Source of the DNA: Mustelus asterias
Lineage: Eukaryota
DNA: 64,000 nt
Direction of reading: 5' to 3'
NCBI RefSeq assembly: GCF_964213995.1
Contig: NW_027592005.1
Coordinates: 1-64,000, forward strand
The translations under genes were made by a program, and so were the position numbers. The notes beneath the pieces were generated by a model, which searched no databases, was not told the origin of the DNA, and saw nothing but the letters and a program-made list of their open reading frames with translations. Positions 51,558 to 64,000 of the stretch are shown one piece after another; position 1 is the first letter of the stretch; each line of letters starts with the position of its first letter.

Positions 51558-53580
51558 AACTTGATAAGGTGCCCCATGCAAGGCTTATTGAGAAAGTGAG
51601 GGGGCATGGGATCCAAGGGGACATTGCTTTGTGGATCCAGAACTGGCTTGCCCACCGAAGGCAAAGAGTGGTTATAGACGGGTCATATTCTGCATGGAGG
51701 TCGGTCACCAGTGGAGTGCCCCAGGGATCTGTTCTGGGACCCTTACTCTTTGTGATTTTTATAAATGACCTGGATGAACAAAGAACAGTACAGCACAGGA
51801 AACAGGCCCTTCGGCCCTCCAAGCCTGTGCTGCTCCTTGGTCCAACTAGACCAATCGTTTGTATCCCTCCATTCCCAGGCTGCTCATGTGACTATCCAGG
51901 TAAGTCTTAAACGATGTCAGCGTGCCTGCCTCCACCACCCTACTTGGCAGCGCATTCCAGGCCCCCACCACCCTCTGTGTAAAAAACGTCCCTCTGATGT
52001 CTGAGTTATACTTCGCCCCTCTCAGCTTGAGCCCATGACCCCTCGTGATCGTCACCTCCGACCTGGGAAAAAGCTTCCCACTGTTCACCCTATCTATACC
52101 CTTCATAATCTTGTACACCTCTATTAGATCTCCCCTCATTCTCTGTCTTTCCAAGGAGAACAACCCCAGTCTACCCAATCTCTCCTCATAGCTAAGACCC
52201 TCCATACCAGGCAACATCCTGGTAAACCTTCTCTGCACTCTCTCCAATGCCTCCATGTCCTTCTGGTAGTGCGGCGTCCAGAACTGGACGCAGTACTCCA
52301 AATGCGGCCTAACCAGCGTTCTATACAGCTGCATCATCAGACTCCAGCTTTTATACTCTATACCCCGTCCTATAAAGGCAAGCATACCATATGCCTTCTT
52401 CACCACCTTCTCCACCTGTGTTGCCACCTTCAAGGATTTGTGGACTTGCACACCTAGGTCCCTCTGTGTTTCTATACTCCTGATGACTCTGCCATTTATT
52501 GTATAACTCCTCCCTACATTATTTCTTCCAAAATGCATCACTTCGCATTTATCCGGATTAAATTCCATCTGCCACCTCTCCGCCCAATTTTCCAGCCTAT
52601 CTATATCCTGCTGTATTGCCCGACAATGCTCTTCGCTATCCGCAATTCCATGAGGAAGTGAAAGGATGGGTTGGCAAGTTTGCTGATGACACAAAGGTTG
52701 GAGGTGTTGTGGATAGTGTGGAGAGATGTCAGAAGGTGCAGCGAGACATTGATAGGATGCAAGACTGGGTGGAGAAGTGGCAGATGGAGTTCAACCCAGA
52801 TAAGTGTGAGGTGGTTCATTTGGCAGGTCAAATAGGATGGCGGAATATAATATTAATGGTAGGACTCTTGGCAGAGTGGAAGATCAGAAAGATCTTGGGG
52901 TCAGAGTTCGTAAGACGCTCAAAGCAGCTGTGCAGGTTGAGGCTGTGGTTAAGAAGGTGGATGGTGTACTGGCCTTCATCAATCGAGGAATTGAGTTTAG
53001 GAGTCGTGAGATAATGTTGCAGCTATATAAGACCCTGGTCAGACCACACTTGGGGTACTGTGCTCAGTTCTGGTCGCCTCATTACAGAAGGATGTGGAAA
53101 TCATAGAAAGGGTGCAGAGGAGATTTACAAGGATGTTGCCTGGATTAGGTGACATGCCTTATGAGGATAGGTTGAGTGAGCTCAGTCTTTTCTCCTTGGA
53201 GACATGAAGGATGAGGGGTGACCTGATAGAGGTGTATAAGATGTTGAGAGGTATTGATCGAGTGGATAGTCAGAGGCTTTTTCCCAGGGCTGAAATGGTT
53301 GCCACAAGACCACACAGGTTTAAGGTGCTGGGGAGTAGGTACAGAGGAGATGTCAGGGGTAAGTTTTTCACTCAGAGGTTGGTGGGTGCGTGGAATGGGC
53401 TGCCAGCAACGGTGGTGGAGGCGGATTCGATTGGGTCTTTTAAGAGACTTTTAGATAAGTACATGGAACTTAGTAAGATAGAGGGTTATAGGTAAGCCTA
53501 GTAATCGCTAAGGTAGGGACATGTTCGGCACAACTTTGTGGGCTGAAGGGCTGGTATTGTGCTGTAGTTTTTCTGTGTTT
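51558..53580 (+). mobile_element. CR1 (+) split by a nested CR1 (-)
   Basis: ...FINDLDE breaks at 51777 and resumes EEVKGWVGKFADDTK at 52650. Confidence 0.88.
51778..52649 (-). mobile_element. Young nested CR1 3' portion
   Basis: Uninterrupted ORF 51846..52694; flanking ATGA duplication (51774-51777, 52650-52653). Confidence 0.92.
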
Positions 53581-54062
53581 CGATGGAAGTCCCTTCCTAA
53601 CAGCACTGTGGGTGTACGTACACCTCAGGCATTGCAGCAGTTCAAGAAGGCACCCTTGGGGTTGGGGTTGACCATGGCCAAGGCAGCTACATACAGCCAC
53701 ATATTCTGTTATAATTGAAGGACTGCAGATTGAATGTGAGGCATTGTGGGACTGGACTATCTTGACCATATTCCTGAGACTGCCCGGAAACTCATGTGTC
53801 TATTTTAGTTTATAATTGAGGATTTCTGGGAATAAGTTAAATGTGGAAATATTAAGCATAGCCTGGAGGAATTTGGAATAACTGAGAATTTTATCCCCAG
53901 ATAAAGAACAAAGATTTTGCCGGTGTTTGGGTGTAACGTGTTTGGGGTTTTAAATCAACAAAGATGTTATAGAACATAGAACAGTACAGCACAGAACAGA
54001 CCCTATAATGGAATATACCAATCTGATATCCACCGACAGTCGAGTGAAAGTCTGGAATATGT

Positions 54063-54697
54063 ACAAAGAACAGTACAGCACAGGAACAGGCCCTTCGGCC
54101 CTCCAAGTCTGCACCGATCATGTATTCCTAACATACCATCCGTTTGTACCCCTCTATTCCCAATCTGTTCATGTGGTTATCTAGATAAGTCTTAAATGAT
54201 CCTAGCGTGTCTGCCTCAACCACCTTGCTTGGCAGTGCATTCCAGGCCCCCACCACCCTCTGTGTAAAATACGTCCCCCGCATATCTGTATTGAACCTTG
54301 CCCCCCTTACCTTGAACTTGTGACCCCTTGTGTTTGTCATTTCTGACCTGGGAAAAAGCTTCCAACTGTTCACCCTATCTATGCCCTTCGTAATGTTATA
54401 AACTTCTATTAGGTTGCCCCCTCAACCTCTTTCCAGAGAGAACAACCCTAGTTTACTCAATCTCTCCTCCTAGCTAATACCCTCCAAACCAGGCAACATC
54501 CTGGTAAACCTTTTCTGCACTCTCTCCAAAGCCTCCACGTCCTCTGGTAGTGTGGTGACCAGAACTGGACGCAGTATTCCAAATGCGGCCTAACCAACGT
54601 TCGATATAACTGCAACATCATGTGCCAACTTTTATACTCTATGCCCCGTCCAATAAAAGCAAGCATGCCATATGCCTTCACCACTTTTTCCACCTGT
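54063..54697 (-). mobile_element. CR1 3' end, same subfamily as 50044-50690
   Basis: NSWKLFPRSEMTNTRGHKFKVRGARFNTDMRGTYFTQRVV. Confidence 0.9.
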
Positions 54698-55432
54698 GTG
54701 TTTCATTTGTTTTTTGTGGATGTTTGTAGATGTGTTTTATCATTGTTTTGGGCTACATTTGTTCAGGTTTATCTTTCTGGGGAATTAACCTTGTCTTGAG
54801 TCTTTAATTAAAGGCATTTTTGGAAGTTTAAAAACAGGATCACAAGAACGCTTAAGTAATTAATTTTGGTCATTGTTGTTGTAAAGCATATGCTAAGTTT
54901 CTCTGTTTGTGTATGGATGATATTTGTAGGTTGAATGCTTCAAGCTTTGAGGTTTTCTGTCTGTGATTTAAATCAAACAGATTTTTAAAAAAGGAAGTGT
55001 GATCAATAAAACTTTTTTTGTTCAGAAGTTATGAACCTGGAGCCATATTTACTGGCCAGAGACAGGATTCCAGGATATTTTACTAAACATCTGGGAATTT
55101 TAATCCGGATACAATTCACCCATGTGAGAATGAGAGTTTTAATTTGTAATGGTTCTTTAAAATTTGACACATGTGAAATGATTCTGACCAATCCTGTGTT
55201 GGATTGATCTTGGGTTAAACTTCCTGTCAGGTCCAAAGATTTATTCCTGACACAAGTCACACAAAGGAAAGGAAAATTCTGGAATTGGATACTGAAGAAA
55301 AGAGTTTAAAAAGAGAGAGTATTAAATAGAAATGATTCCCAGACCATGTGGTCATTCGATTAAAACAAAGGAAGGGTGCTGACGTCCATTTGAGAACTTT
55401 TAATCCGCCCCATTTCTAACTAAGGGAGTCGA

Positions 55433-55735
55433 TGTACAAAGAAAGCCCAAGAAAGACCCCCCCCCAAGGGGGGTCTGGAAAGCATCATGATGGGGGCACC
55501 TGTCCATGAGATGATCACAAAGCCCCATAATGCCCAGATACTAATTTTATTGAACCTATAATGTATGTAATCTATCACCATTCTGATTGGATTATGTCCA
55601 GCCGGGATGGGCTGAGTAACTGGATAAGAATTGATGATATTCTTTGTTGGGTGGAGTTGCACATGGTCAGCCCCTGTGGCTTCTCCCCGCTGGCGTAACT
55701 CAATAAACTGTTTGTCAATTGAATCAGGCACAACA
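55433..55735 (+). mobile_element. Candidate LTR abutting the ZNF-K remnant
   Basis: Purine-rich aagggag before TG at 55433; ATTGG box; AATAAA at 55702; ends ACAACA directly at zinc-finger sequence. Confidence 0.45.
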
Positions 55736-56132
55736 CACTGGGAAGAGATACAAAGTGCCCTCTCCACTGGAAGCTCATCGGCACAGCCACACTGGGGAGA
55801 GGCCGTTCGCCTGCTGGGTGTGTGGGAAGGGATTCACTGATTCATCCACTCTGCAGAGACACCAGCAAGTTCACACTGGTGAGAGTGCATTCACCTGCTG
55901 TCAGTGTGGGAAGGGATTTACTCGGATATGAAGCCTGCAGACACACCAGCGAGATCACACAGGGGAGAGACCATACAGCTGCTTTCAATGTGGGAAGGGA
56001 TTCAGTAAGTCATCCAACCTACAGAAACACCAGCGAGTTCACACAGGAGAGCGGCCATTCAACTGCTCTGCATGTGGGAAAAGATTCACTCAGTTATCGA
56101 ATCTGCTGAGACACCAGCGAGTTCAGAAGTGA
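55736..56132 (+). pseudogene. ZNF-K, decayed short paralogue of ZNF-J (about 5 fingers)
   Basis: [26 protein letters not shown]...; internal TGA at 55929; 3' flank 56140-56497 matches 47945-48175 plus 49255-49362. Confidence 0.85.
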
Positions 56133-56499
56133 ATATGGGGATGAGAGTCTGCTGTTATTGTTTCTGCTCTCAATTACATCCAGGACTGCATTTTGTTCAG
56201 TCTCACAGTTGGTCATTGGGGAGGGTCGGAGGGTTTCTTTCTGCTGGACTGGCCGGTCTCACAACTTTGCCTCCAGTGGGCTGATGCTCTTTGAGTCTTG
56301 TTGCAAATACCTGATTTCAAATTTCACAAGAATGACAGAGTGACCGGGTGTGAGGAAGTTCAGAGATATTTAGTCAGCATTTATTTTTGAAATGCCCCAA
56401 ACGCTCATCCAATTTCCTTTGTAATTGTTTATTGTCTCCACTTCCTCCACCCTCGTAGGCAGCGAGTTCCAGGTCATTACCATTCGCTGCATCAAAATA

Positions 56500-57305
56500 A
56501 TCCCATCATAATTCCACCTCCCCCAATTGTAAACCTTGCCCTGCCGTATGGCCCTATCCCTCTCCATTGCAATAACGAAAGACACCGAATTGTGGTCACT
56601 ATCTCCAAAGTGCTCTCCCACAAACAAACCGAACACTTGGTACTGGGTAATGAAACGGGCCAAGTCCAATGTGGCCCCACCTCTTGTCGGCCTATCCACA
56701 TATTGTGTCAGGAAACCCTCCTGCACACACTGTACAAAAACTGCCCCATCTGAACAATTTGACCTATAAAGGTTCCAATCAATATTTGGAAAGTTAAAGT
56801 CACCCATGACAACTACCTTGTGACCTCCACACCTATCCATAATCTGCTTTGCAATTTCTTCCTCCACATCTCTATTACTATTTGGGGGCCTATAGAAAAC
56901 TCCTAACAACGTGACCGCTCCTTTCCTATTTCTAACTTCAGCCCATATTACCTCAGTAGGCAGATCCCCCTCGAACTGTCTTTCTGCAGCCGTTAAACTA
57001 TCCTTGATTAATAATGCTACTCCTCCACCTCTTTTACCACCTTCCCTACTCTTACTGAAACATCTATACCCCAGAACTTCCAACAACCATTCCTGTCCCT
57101 GTTCTAACCATGTCTCCGTAATGGCCACAACATTGTAGTCCCAAGTACCAATCCACACTCCAAGTTCACCTGCCTTATTCCAGATGCTCCTTGCATTGAA
57201 GTAGACACACTTCAACCCACCTTCCTGTCTGCCGGTACACTCCTGCAACCTTGATACCCTCCTCAGTACCTCACAACACTCAACACTGGCTTCTGGACTA
57301 CAGCT
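56500..57305 (-). mobile_element. CR1 ORF2 N-terminal APE endonuclease fragment
   Basis: YFNARSI...VAITETWL...GGGVALL...FYRPP...MGDFNFPNIDW...LDL...SDHN. Confidence 0.93.
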
Positions 57306-59062
57306 CATTTTCCCATTCCCATTTCAAAGTTTATTTTTAGAAAGGTAAAATTATGAATAACAATAATGACTTTCACGAACTCCATTGAGTGACCACCCCA
57401 AGTAGAAATGTGAATCTTCCTCGGGGTCCTGAACCAAAGGCGATTTCCCAAAATCCTGCCCCAGGGACACTCAGTACCTCCACAACTAGAGTCCAACCTG
57501 CAAAGCCCAAGATCACTCACAAATCCCACTGAGCATTCTAACACAGCTCCCAGCTCCAATACAGCTATAAATGTTATACTGTTAGTCAGAGCACAGAACA
57601 TTGTTCAAAAATTCCTATTTTGCCTATGTAGGTTTATTATTAAAACTTCACCCAAAGACTTGTCTGTAATCCAGAAACTGTTTGTTCCTCAAACAAGTAA
57701 ACAACCTTGCTGATATTAGAACCTTGATGTGGAGCATTTGATTAACATGTGATTTTACTCTAATGCAGGGGTGTTACATCGATCACCCCTTTTACTAAAT
57801 CTATTCATTCACTCTGGCATTTTCCCCCTTTTCCTCATTGGCTTAGCCCAAGGTAGTCAACTTCCATTCCCTTTACAATCTCCTTCTCACAACTAATTTT
57901 CAGACATAATTGAAATGGTATAATTGGATATAAAAGCAGTGATAACATATAATTGCTGTATAAATTGCATAGATTCAAAACAATTCTCAAGCTGTCCCTT
58001 AACCTGCTCCATCTTGTAATAATTCTTATTCAGTATTATTTCTCCCGCGCCTTCATTTGTCCCAGTCCAAAATTCCATTTACTTTAATTTGTTCTTCCAG
58101 TCAGTTTCTCTGGAGTCTGTGTCAGTGCCTTGATCATTTCAAAATGATTTCTTACTCTTCAAGTCATATTAACCATTTCATGTCACGCTGTTAGTCAAGC
58201 AGCTGAGAAAGTCCCATTTGAATCATAGAATCATTACAGTGCAGAAGGAGGCCATTTGGCCCATCGTGTCTGCACCGACCACAATCCCATCCAGGCTCTA
58301 TCCCCAAAACCCCATTTATTTACCCTGCTAGTTCGCCTGACGCTCAGAAGCAATTTACTATGGCCAATCAACCTAACCTGCATATCTTTGGAGTGTGGGA
58401 GGAAACCGGAGCACCTGGAGGAAACCCACGCAGATACGGAGAGATTGTGCAAACTCCACACAGACAGTGACCCGAGGCCAGAATTGAACCCGGGTCCTTG
58501 GGCGCTATGACGAAGCACTGCTAACCATTGTGCCACCGTGCCACACTTCATTCTTCAGCACAGCTGCACTGTGCACTCTCGGATGTTAGTTCATTCACAA
58601 CTTACAAACCAATTCTGCACTCTCACATCAGTGTTCCAATTCCTTCTTTAATTCTCTGTTGGAGTCTCACATTCATAAGCCATCTTCACACATTTCCCTG
58701 CATGTTAAATGTTGTCTCTCATGTTGTTGTTATTAACTAGACATGTACTTTGTCTTGCTTGTTGTTATCTCTCTGTCCTCTCCCACAAATCCTTGTTTTG
58801 TATTTGTGAAAGGTTTATCAGGTCTATAGCGATGGTGCTGGGTATTTTACCAATCATCATCCTGAATTCCACTCTCTTTCAAAGGATGCACCATTCAATA
58901 ATTCTGCTGGAAACTTCAAAAGAAAGTCAAAAGCCGGGGTCAAAGGGGTTTTCCATCTCGACATATTTGCTGATTTCCCCCTGCACAATCCCAATGTCTC
59001 AGATGGTGGCCAGATTATAAAATTCACTTCTCTCAAACAGTTCATGGACAAAGAAACAAACA
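57306..59062 (-). mobile_element. Possible decayed retroviral envelope-like sequence
   Basis: Minus-strand translation RWLMNVRLQQRIKEGIGTLM*ECRIGL*VVNEL (about 58685-58590) resembles a basic cleavage site plus fusion peptide. Confidence 0.3.
58221..58545 (-). mobile_element. HE1-like SINE
   Basis: Reverse complement gtggcacggtggcacaatggttagcagtgct...atgattctatgattc. Confidence 0.88.
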
Positions 59063-59064
59063 AG

Positions 59065-59330
59065 GGGTGGCACGGTGGCTCGCACTGCTGCCTCACAGCA
59101 CCAGGGATCTGGGTTTGATTCCCGGCTCGGGTCACTGTCTGTGTGGAGTTTGCACATTCTCCCCGTCTCTGCGTCGGTTTCCTCCGGGTACTCCGGTTTC
59201 CTCCCACAGACTGAAAGACGTGCTGATTAGGAGCATTGTCCCAAACAGGCGCCGGAATGTGGTGACTCGGGGAATTTCACAGTAACGTCATTGCAGTAAG
59301 CATTACTTGTGACACTGATAAATAAACTTT
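59065..59330 (+). mobile_element. tRNA-derived SINE (second tail subtype)
   Basis: gggtggcacggtggctcgcactgctgcctcacagc...gataaataaacttt. Confidence 0.85.
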
Positions 59331-59589
59331 AAATATCTCCAAGAAAAAGATGCCACCTCATTTACCTCGTCTATACTTCCCCTTTACCAGAATGTTCCGT
59401 ACCCGAATGTATGCATTCCTTTAAACTACACTTTCCGGAGTTCTGGAGAATCTTTTAAAACATGAAATATACTCATAATAACTTTAAAAAGAAACCAAAT
59501 ATTTCACAGTAACTTCATTGCAGTGTTAATGTAAGTCTAGTTGTGACACTAATAAATAAACTTTAAAAACTTTAACAATATTTGAAGTA

Positions 59590-59838
59590 AAAGTTTATTC
59601 ATTCGTCACAGGTAGGCTTACATTCACACTGCAATGAAGTTACTGCGAAAATCCCTTAGTCGCCACACTCCGGCACCTGCTCTGGCACACTGCGGGAGAA
59701 TTTAGCATGGCCAATGCACCTAACCAGCACGTCTTTTCGACTCTGGGACTCCACCCAGACAGTGACCCAAGTCGGGAATCGAACCTGTTCCCTGCCACTG
59801 TGAGGCAGCAGTGCAAACCATTGTGCCACCGTGCTGCC
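59590..59838 (-). mobile_element. tRNA-derived SINE (internally deleted)
   Basis: Reverse complement ggcagcacggtggcacaatggtttgcactgctgcctcacag. Confidence 0.8.
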
Positions 59839-61686
59839 CCAAATTTGTGTTTGATTCCAGGCATTATCAACTTTGTTCTTTCCCTTAAACAACAGGTGAT
59901 TTCCATTTTCAATGCTTGAAATAGCAACTCACGTCAGATGTTTATCAATTCCAATATCCTAAGCAGGCTTGGTGGTTTTCTGAAAAGTAAAGTATTTTAT
60001 TCTCTGCTTTAATTCTCAAAACTGTTGACTTCACTCAGAGCTGGAAAACATCATCACCTGTTTAAAAAAAACACAAACAATCCATCTGGCTCTGGCCAAG
60101 ATCCCAGTGAGTTAATATGTCCAATCACAGGTTACATTAAAAAACAAAGGCTGTGTGGAGATTTATAAAAATCGACTGTCGGCTGAAAGGGTTAACTTCT
60201 CTGTGGAACCGAGAGAGGCGGGGAGTGGGCAGAGGAAACTTGGCAATTGCATCAACTTACATAATTTAAAAAACTTCCCTCATGTTATTTTCTTCAATTT
60301 TGTTCAAATTTCATCTCTTTTCTCTATCCATTTTTGAATACCAATTTCAATTTTCAATATTTGTTACTTAATCAAAGTTGAAAGAAATACTTTGTGAAAT
60401 GTGTTGTTAACCGAATCTCAACAATTTTAACTCAGATGTTTTGGAAAGTTGGAACTGGTTTGCTGCCAAACTGCAGCCTTATCTTTGTGTTTTGGGAGCA
60501 AATTGGCCTTCACAATTCAAACCCAAATACATTCCTTTCACATTTTAGTACATTCTGAATTTATTTCAAACAGAAACACACGGCAGTGCAATTCAAATTA
60601 ATTTTTATTCCCTTTCCAAACTAATTCTTCGAATCTATGATGCTTTCAAACAGCACCCTGCTTCAACAATTATGACTCAAATGTACAGTATTCCTTCAAC
60701 TGGGCAAACCAACTTGGAGTAAGCGTTGTGGATCATGACGGTGCAGAAGTCATGGCTAACCTCACACACCTGCATTCCCTTATCACACAGGAGAGGCAGA
60801 GGAGAGGGAGGAGTGCTTTCAGTGATTCTTTTTTTTGGAGAAAACAACGACATCTTCTCACCGGTGACTGATTTGTGTCTCAGGTTGTTTGATGTTAGCT
60901 AAACACGGGGAGTGGTCTGTCTCAGGGAGGTGTCTCTTTGTGGCTGAGTTAACTTCCTCAAAATCCCCATTGCATTTTCTAACTCTTCACTTGATCTGAT
61001 ATTTTCTGACTGTAAATCAATATCTTGTTCCAGAGTTTGGCCGAACAGCAGTAGATTTTTCTGAGCTCCACTCACCCTATCATCTGCCCCCTGTTCCCAA
61101 TGTAACTGATTGTCCAGGTCAGACGTGCTCTCCTGCCAGCAATCAGCTCCATTCTGCAGCTTATCCACCAGTTCCCTCAACTCTTTATATTTTGTACTCA
61201 GCTGTGAGGCAACAGGTTTCCAATGTAACTGGAAATTAATTTATTCTGGACTTTTTCCAACTCACTATTTCCTTTCTGAATCTCTTTAGGAAACCTATCA
61301 AGGACCCGCTCGTAATCTCCGTCACATTCTTCTCCACCTCCCAGGGTATCTTTTATTCCTGATGCCCTTGACTCCGTTGTCAAACTGTCAGTCACATTGT
61401 AGCAGATGCCAAAGCCATTGCTGTATTTGCTTTTTTGAGGCAGCAGGGCGAACCACTGTGCCACTGGGTGGAATGCTGGCCCAGTGGAGAGAAACATAGA
61501 AACTAGAAGCAGGAGTAGGCCATTCAGCCCTTTGAGCCTGCTCCACCATTCATCTTGATCATGGCTGATCATTGAATTCAATTTCCTGATTCCCACTTTC
61601 CTTCCATATCCCTTGATTCCTTTAGCCCCAAGAGCTATATTTCATATCTTCTTGAAATCAGATAATGTTTTGGCCTCAACTATAGG

Positions 61687-62035
61687 GTGGCATGGTGGCA
61701 CAGTGGTCAGCGCAGCTGCCTCACAGCGCCAGGGACCCATTTAATTCCAGCCTTGGGTGAGTGTCCATGTGGACTTTCCATGTTCTCCCCATGTTTGCGT
61801 GGGTTTCCTCCGGGTGCTCCGGTTTCCTCCAACAGACCAAAGATGTGCGGGTTAGGTGGATTTGCAATGCTAATTTCCCTCTTAGTGTCCCAAGATGTGC
61901 AGATTAGATAGGTTAGCCATGGTAAATGTGTAAGTTACAGGGAGAGAGGGCCTGGGTAAGGTGCTCTGTTAGAGACTCGGTGCAGACTTGATGGGCCGAA
62001 TGGTCCCTTCTGCACTGGAGGGATTCTATGATTCA
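61687..62035 (+). mobile_element. HE1-like SINE
   Basis: gtggcatggtggcacagtggtcagcgcagctgcctcacagcgccagggacc...ggattctatgattc. Confidence 0.85.
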
Positions 62036-62037
62036 AT

Positions 62038-62540
62038 GAACACAGGAATGGTCAGAATCATTTCACATGTCCCAAATTTTAAATAACCATTACAATTAAA
62101 ACTCTCTCATTCTCACATGTGTGAGTTTGAATCCGGATTAAAATTCCCACAAGTTTAGCACAGTATCCTGGAATCATGTCTCTGGCCAGTGAATGTGGTT
62201 CTAGGTTCACAACTTTTGTGAAAAAAAGCTTCATTAATTACACGTCCTTTATTTAAATCTGTTTGATTTAAATCACAGACAGAAAACCTCAAAGCTTGAA
62301 GCATTCAACCCACAAATATCATCCACACAAACAGAGAAACTTAGCATGTGCTTTACAACAATAACTGAAATTAATTCCTTAAGCGTTCTTGTGGTTCTGT
62401 TTCTAAACTTCCAGAAATGCCTTTAATTAAAGACTCAAGAGAAGGTTAATTCTCCAGAAAGATAAACCTTAACAAATGTAGCCCAAAACAATGATAAAAC
62501 ACATCGACAAACATCCACATAAAACAAACAAAACACACAG
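62038..62540 (-). repeat. Inverted copy of 54696-55200
   Basis: For example aaatctgtttgatttaaatcacagacagaaaacctcaaagcttgaagcattcaacc is the reverse complement of about 54930-54983. Confidence 0.9.
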
Positions 62541-62627
62541 ATTCTCACAGCTCGTAAATTTCAAATGAATCCTCAGCATTCTCTCTCGCAGCTATAGCTT
62601 CTTAAAGCGACAGAGCACCACAAACGT

Positions 62628-63592
62628 TTCACAATATACATTAATGATTTGGAAGATGGAACTGAAGACACTGTTGCTAAATTTGCAGGTGATACAAAGA
62701 TATGTAGAGGGACAGGTAGTATTGAAGGAGCAGGGGGGCTGCAGAAGGACTTTGATGGGCCAGGAGAGTGAGCAAAGAAGTGGCAGATGGAGTACAATGT
62801 GGAAAAGTGTGAGATTATGCACTTGGGTAGGAGGAATGGAGGCATAGACTATTTCCTAAATGGGGAAATGCTTTGGAAATCAGAAGCACAAAGGGACTTG
62901 GGAGTCATTGATCAAGATTCTCTTAAGGCTAATGTGCAGGTTTAGTTGGCAGTTAGGAAGGCAAATGCAATGTTATCATTCATGTCAAGAGGGCTAGAAT
63001 ACAACAGCAGGGATGTACTCCTGAGACAGTATGAGGCTCTGGTCAGACACATTTGGAGTATTCGGAGCAGTTTTGGGCCGCACATCTAAGGAAGGATATT
63101 CTGGTCTTAGAAAGGGTCCGGAGAAGGTTCACAAGAATGATCCCTGGAATGAAGAGCTGGTCGTATGAGGAACGGTTGAGGGCTCTGGGCCTGTACTCAT
63201 TGGAGTTTAGAAGGATGAGGGGGTACCTTATTAAAACTTACAGGATACTGCGAGGCCTGGATAGAGTGGACGTGGAGAGGATGTTTCCACTGGTAGGAAA
63301 AACTAGAACCAGAGGGTACAACCTCAGGCTAAAGGGATGATCCTTTAAAACAGAGATGAGGAGGAATTTCTTCAGCCAGAGAGTGGTGAATCTGTGGAAC
63401 TCTTTGCCGCAGAAGGCTGTGAAGGTCAGTTCATTGAGTGTCTGTAAGACAGAGATAGATAGGTTCTTGATTATTAAGGGGATTATTCAGGGGTTATGGG
63501 GAAAAGGCAGGAGAATGGGGATGAGAAAAATATCAGCCATGATTGAATAGCGGAGAAGACTCGATGGGTCTGGTGGCCTATTTCTGCTCCTT
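62628..63592 (+). mobile_element. CR1 RT/3' portion
   Basis: MIPGMKSWSYEERLRALGLYSLEFRRMRG...FFSQRVVNLWNSLP. Confidence 0.9.
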
Positions 63593-64000
63593 GATTAAAA
63601 TAAGACACAAGATCCTTCATTCCCCTTCATTATAACTTAAACTTTTTTTTAGCCAACTTCCAAGGCCTGATTTTATCGGAAACATCAAGTCTTTGTTGAT
63701 TTAAAATCCCAAACATGTTGCCAGCTGCAAAATCGTTGTTCTTTACCTGGGGTTGAGGTGACAACATGATAAAATCCTCACAGTTCTTCCAAATTCCTCC
63801 AGGCGCCACATAAAATTTTCACATTTCACTGGTTCCCACAAATCCTCAATCAAAAACTAAAATAGACACATGAGTTTCCAGGTGATTTACAAAGAAATGA
63901 ACTGTCTGCTGAAAGGGTTAACTTTTCTACAGAACCTAAAGGGGTCGGGAGTGAGCAGAAAAAACTTGGCCCACAATTACTTCACTTTACATATGATGGG

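Noticed and set aside
55420-55767. Minus-strand ORF faintly like a retroviral integrase (PIPAGHNPIRMVIDYIH)
   Set aside because: No HHCC or DDE pattern; the plus strand fits an LTR better.

Overview
This is vertebrate genomic DNA, very probably from a shark or other elasmobranch (inferred from HE1/V-SINE-like and SacSINE1/DeuSINE-like SINEs and abundant CR1 LINEs). The window is a tandem cluster of C2H2 zinc-finger loci with no recognisable KRAB, SCAN, BTB or SET domain. There are eight plausible genes with 5-25 fingers, one probable pseudogene with 16 fingers and three decayed remnants. Most loci follow one duplicated cassette: a CpG-rich promoter (NRF1-, YY1-, CCAAT-, GC-box- and CRE-like motifs), a short 5' exon, an intron and one zinc-finger exon; three pairs are head-to-head. 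Between genes lie CR1, L2-like, Rex1 and Penelope-like retroelements, SINEs, solo LTRs and a decayed retrovirus-like region at the right end. The most notable observations are: (1) a peptide downstream of the stop codon that stays open and in frame in the three C-terminally intact genes; (2) repeated independent loss of the last finger(s); (3) a PRDM9-like homogenised 25-finger array; (4) about 265 bp of identical non-coding sequence between diverged paralogues; (5) two decayed hammerhead ribozyme motifs; (6) a remnant resembling an F-type fusion (env) gene. All calls were made by eye, and element boundaries are approximate unless a target-site duplication (TSD) is quoted. Labels ZNF-A to ZNF-K are my own.
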